From Octopus bimaculoides (lineage: Eukaryota): a stretch of DNA of 64,000 nt. The stretch covers positions 10,557,194-10,621,193 of the forward strand of contig NC_069007.1 in assembly GCF_001194135.2 (NCBI RefSeq), given 5' to 3'. Positions 63,781 to 64,000 of this stretch are shown piece by piece. How positions within the stretch are numbered: position 1 is the stretch's first letter; each line of letters begins with the position of its first letter. The notes below the pieces were generated by a model. That model was not told the origin of the DNA and ran no database searches. It saw only the letters and a program-made list of their open reading frames with translations. Made by a program: the position numbers and the translations under genes.

Positions 63781-63990
63781 TTAAATTTAAATGTTGAAGT
63801 GAATCTAACGGTTTTTGTGTTTATAAAATGGCTTATAAACACCTTCCACGCTGCAATCATAATGTATTTTATTTGGCACATAGTGGATGGATGATGGAGT
63901 GTTTTACAAAGAAATCGGATAAAAGAAAGGCAAAAAGGACATTAATTATAACTGCATTTCACTAGTTTTATCTTTGTTTTTCTATTTCAG

Positions 63991-64000
63991 ATTGGGCTGT
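63991..64000 (+). other. Start of a probable exon running off the window
   Basis: Strong acceptor tctttgtttttctatttcag ending at 63990. Confidence 0.45.

Overview
AT-rich, microsatellite- and SINE-dense eukaryotic DNA with about 14 N gaps. The repeat families and the gap pattern suggest a coleoid cephalopod (Octopus-like) draft assembly; this is inferred, not searched. The left half holds the 3' part of a + strand ERG-subfamily (KCNH2/6/7, seizure-like) K+ channel gene: a cyclic-nucleotide-binding-homology exon (3077-3270), linker exons (8194-8430, 13537-13655, 17786-17976), a coiled-coil/polyQ/PPxY exon (20237-20675) and up to three alternative in-frame terminal exons (22855, 26248, 31423). 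The right half is mostly decayed mobile elements: two mariner transposases, an L1/Tx1-like gag/RT relic, Penelope-like RT-linker and GIY-YIG relics and RTE tails. It also has a possible promoter near 52.4-53.0 kb and a splice acceptor at the window end. The most striking non-coding signal is a set of minimal type-I hammerhead-ribozyme-like motifs. One has a compensatory G3-C8 core (63730-63780). One lies behind a tRNA-like Pol III head and is enclosed by its own inverted tail (59327-59635). One near-canonical motif lies antisense, just downstream of the channel stop (32575-32620). No CRISPR, rRNA or intact tRNA genes were seen. All folds and splice models were derived by eye.
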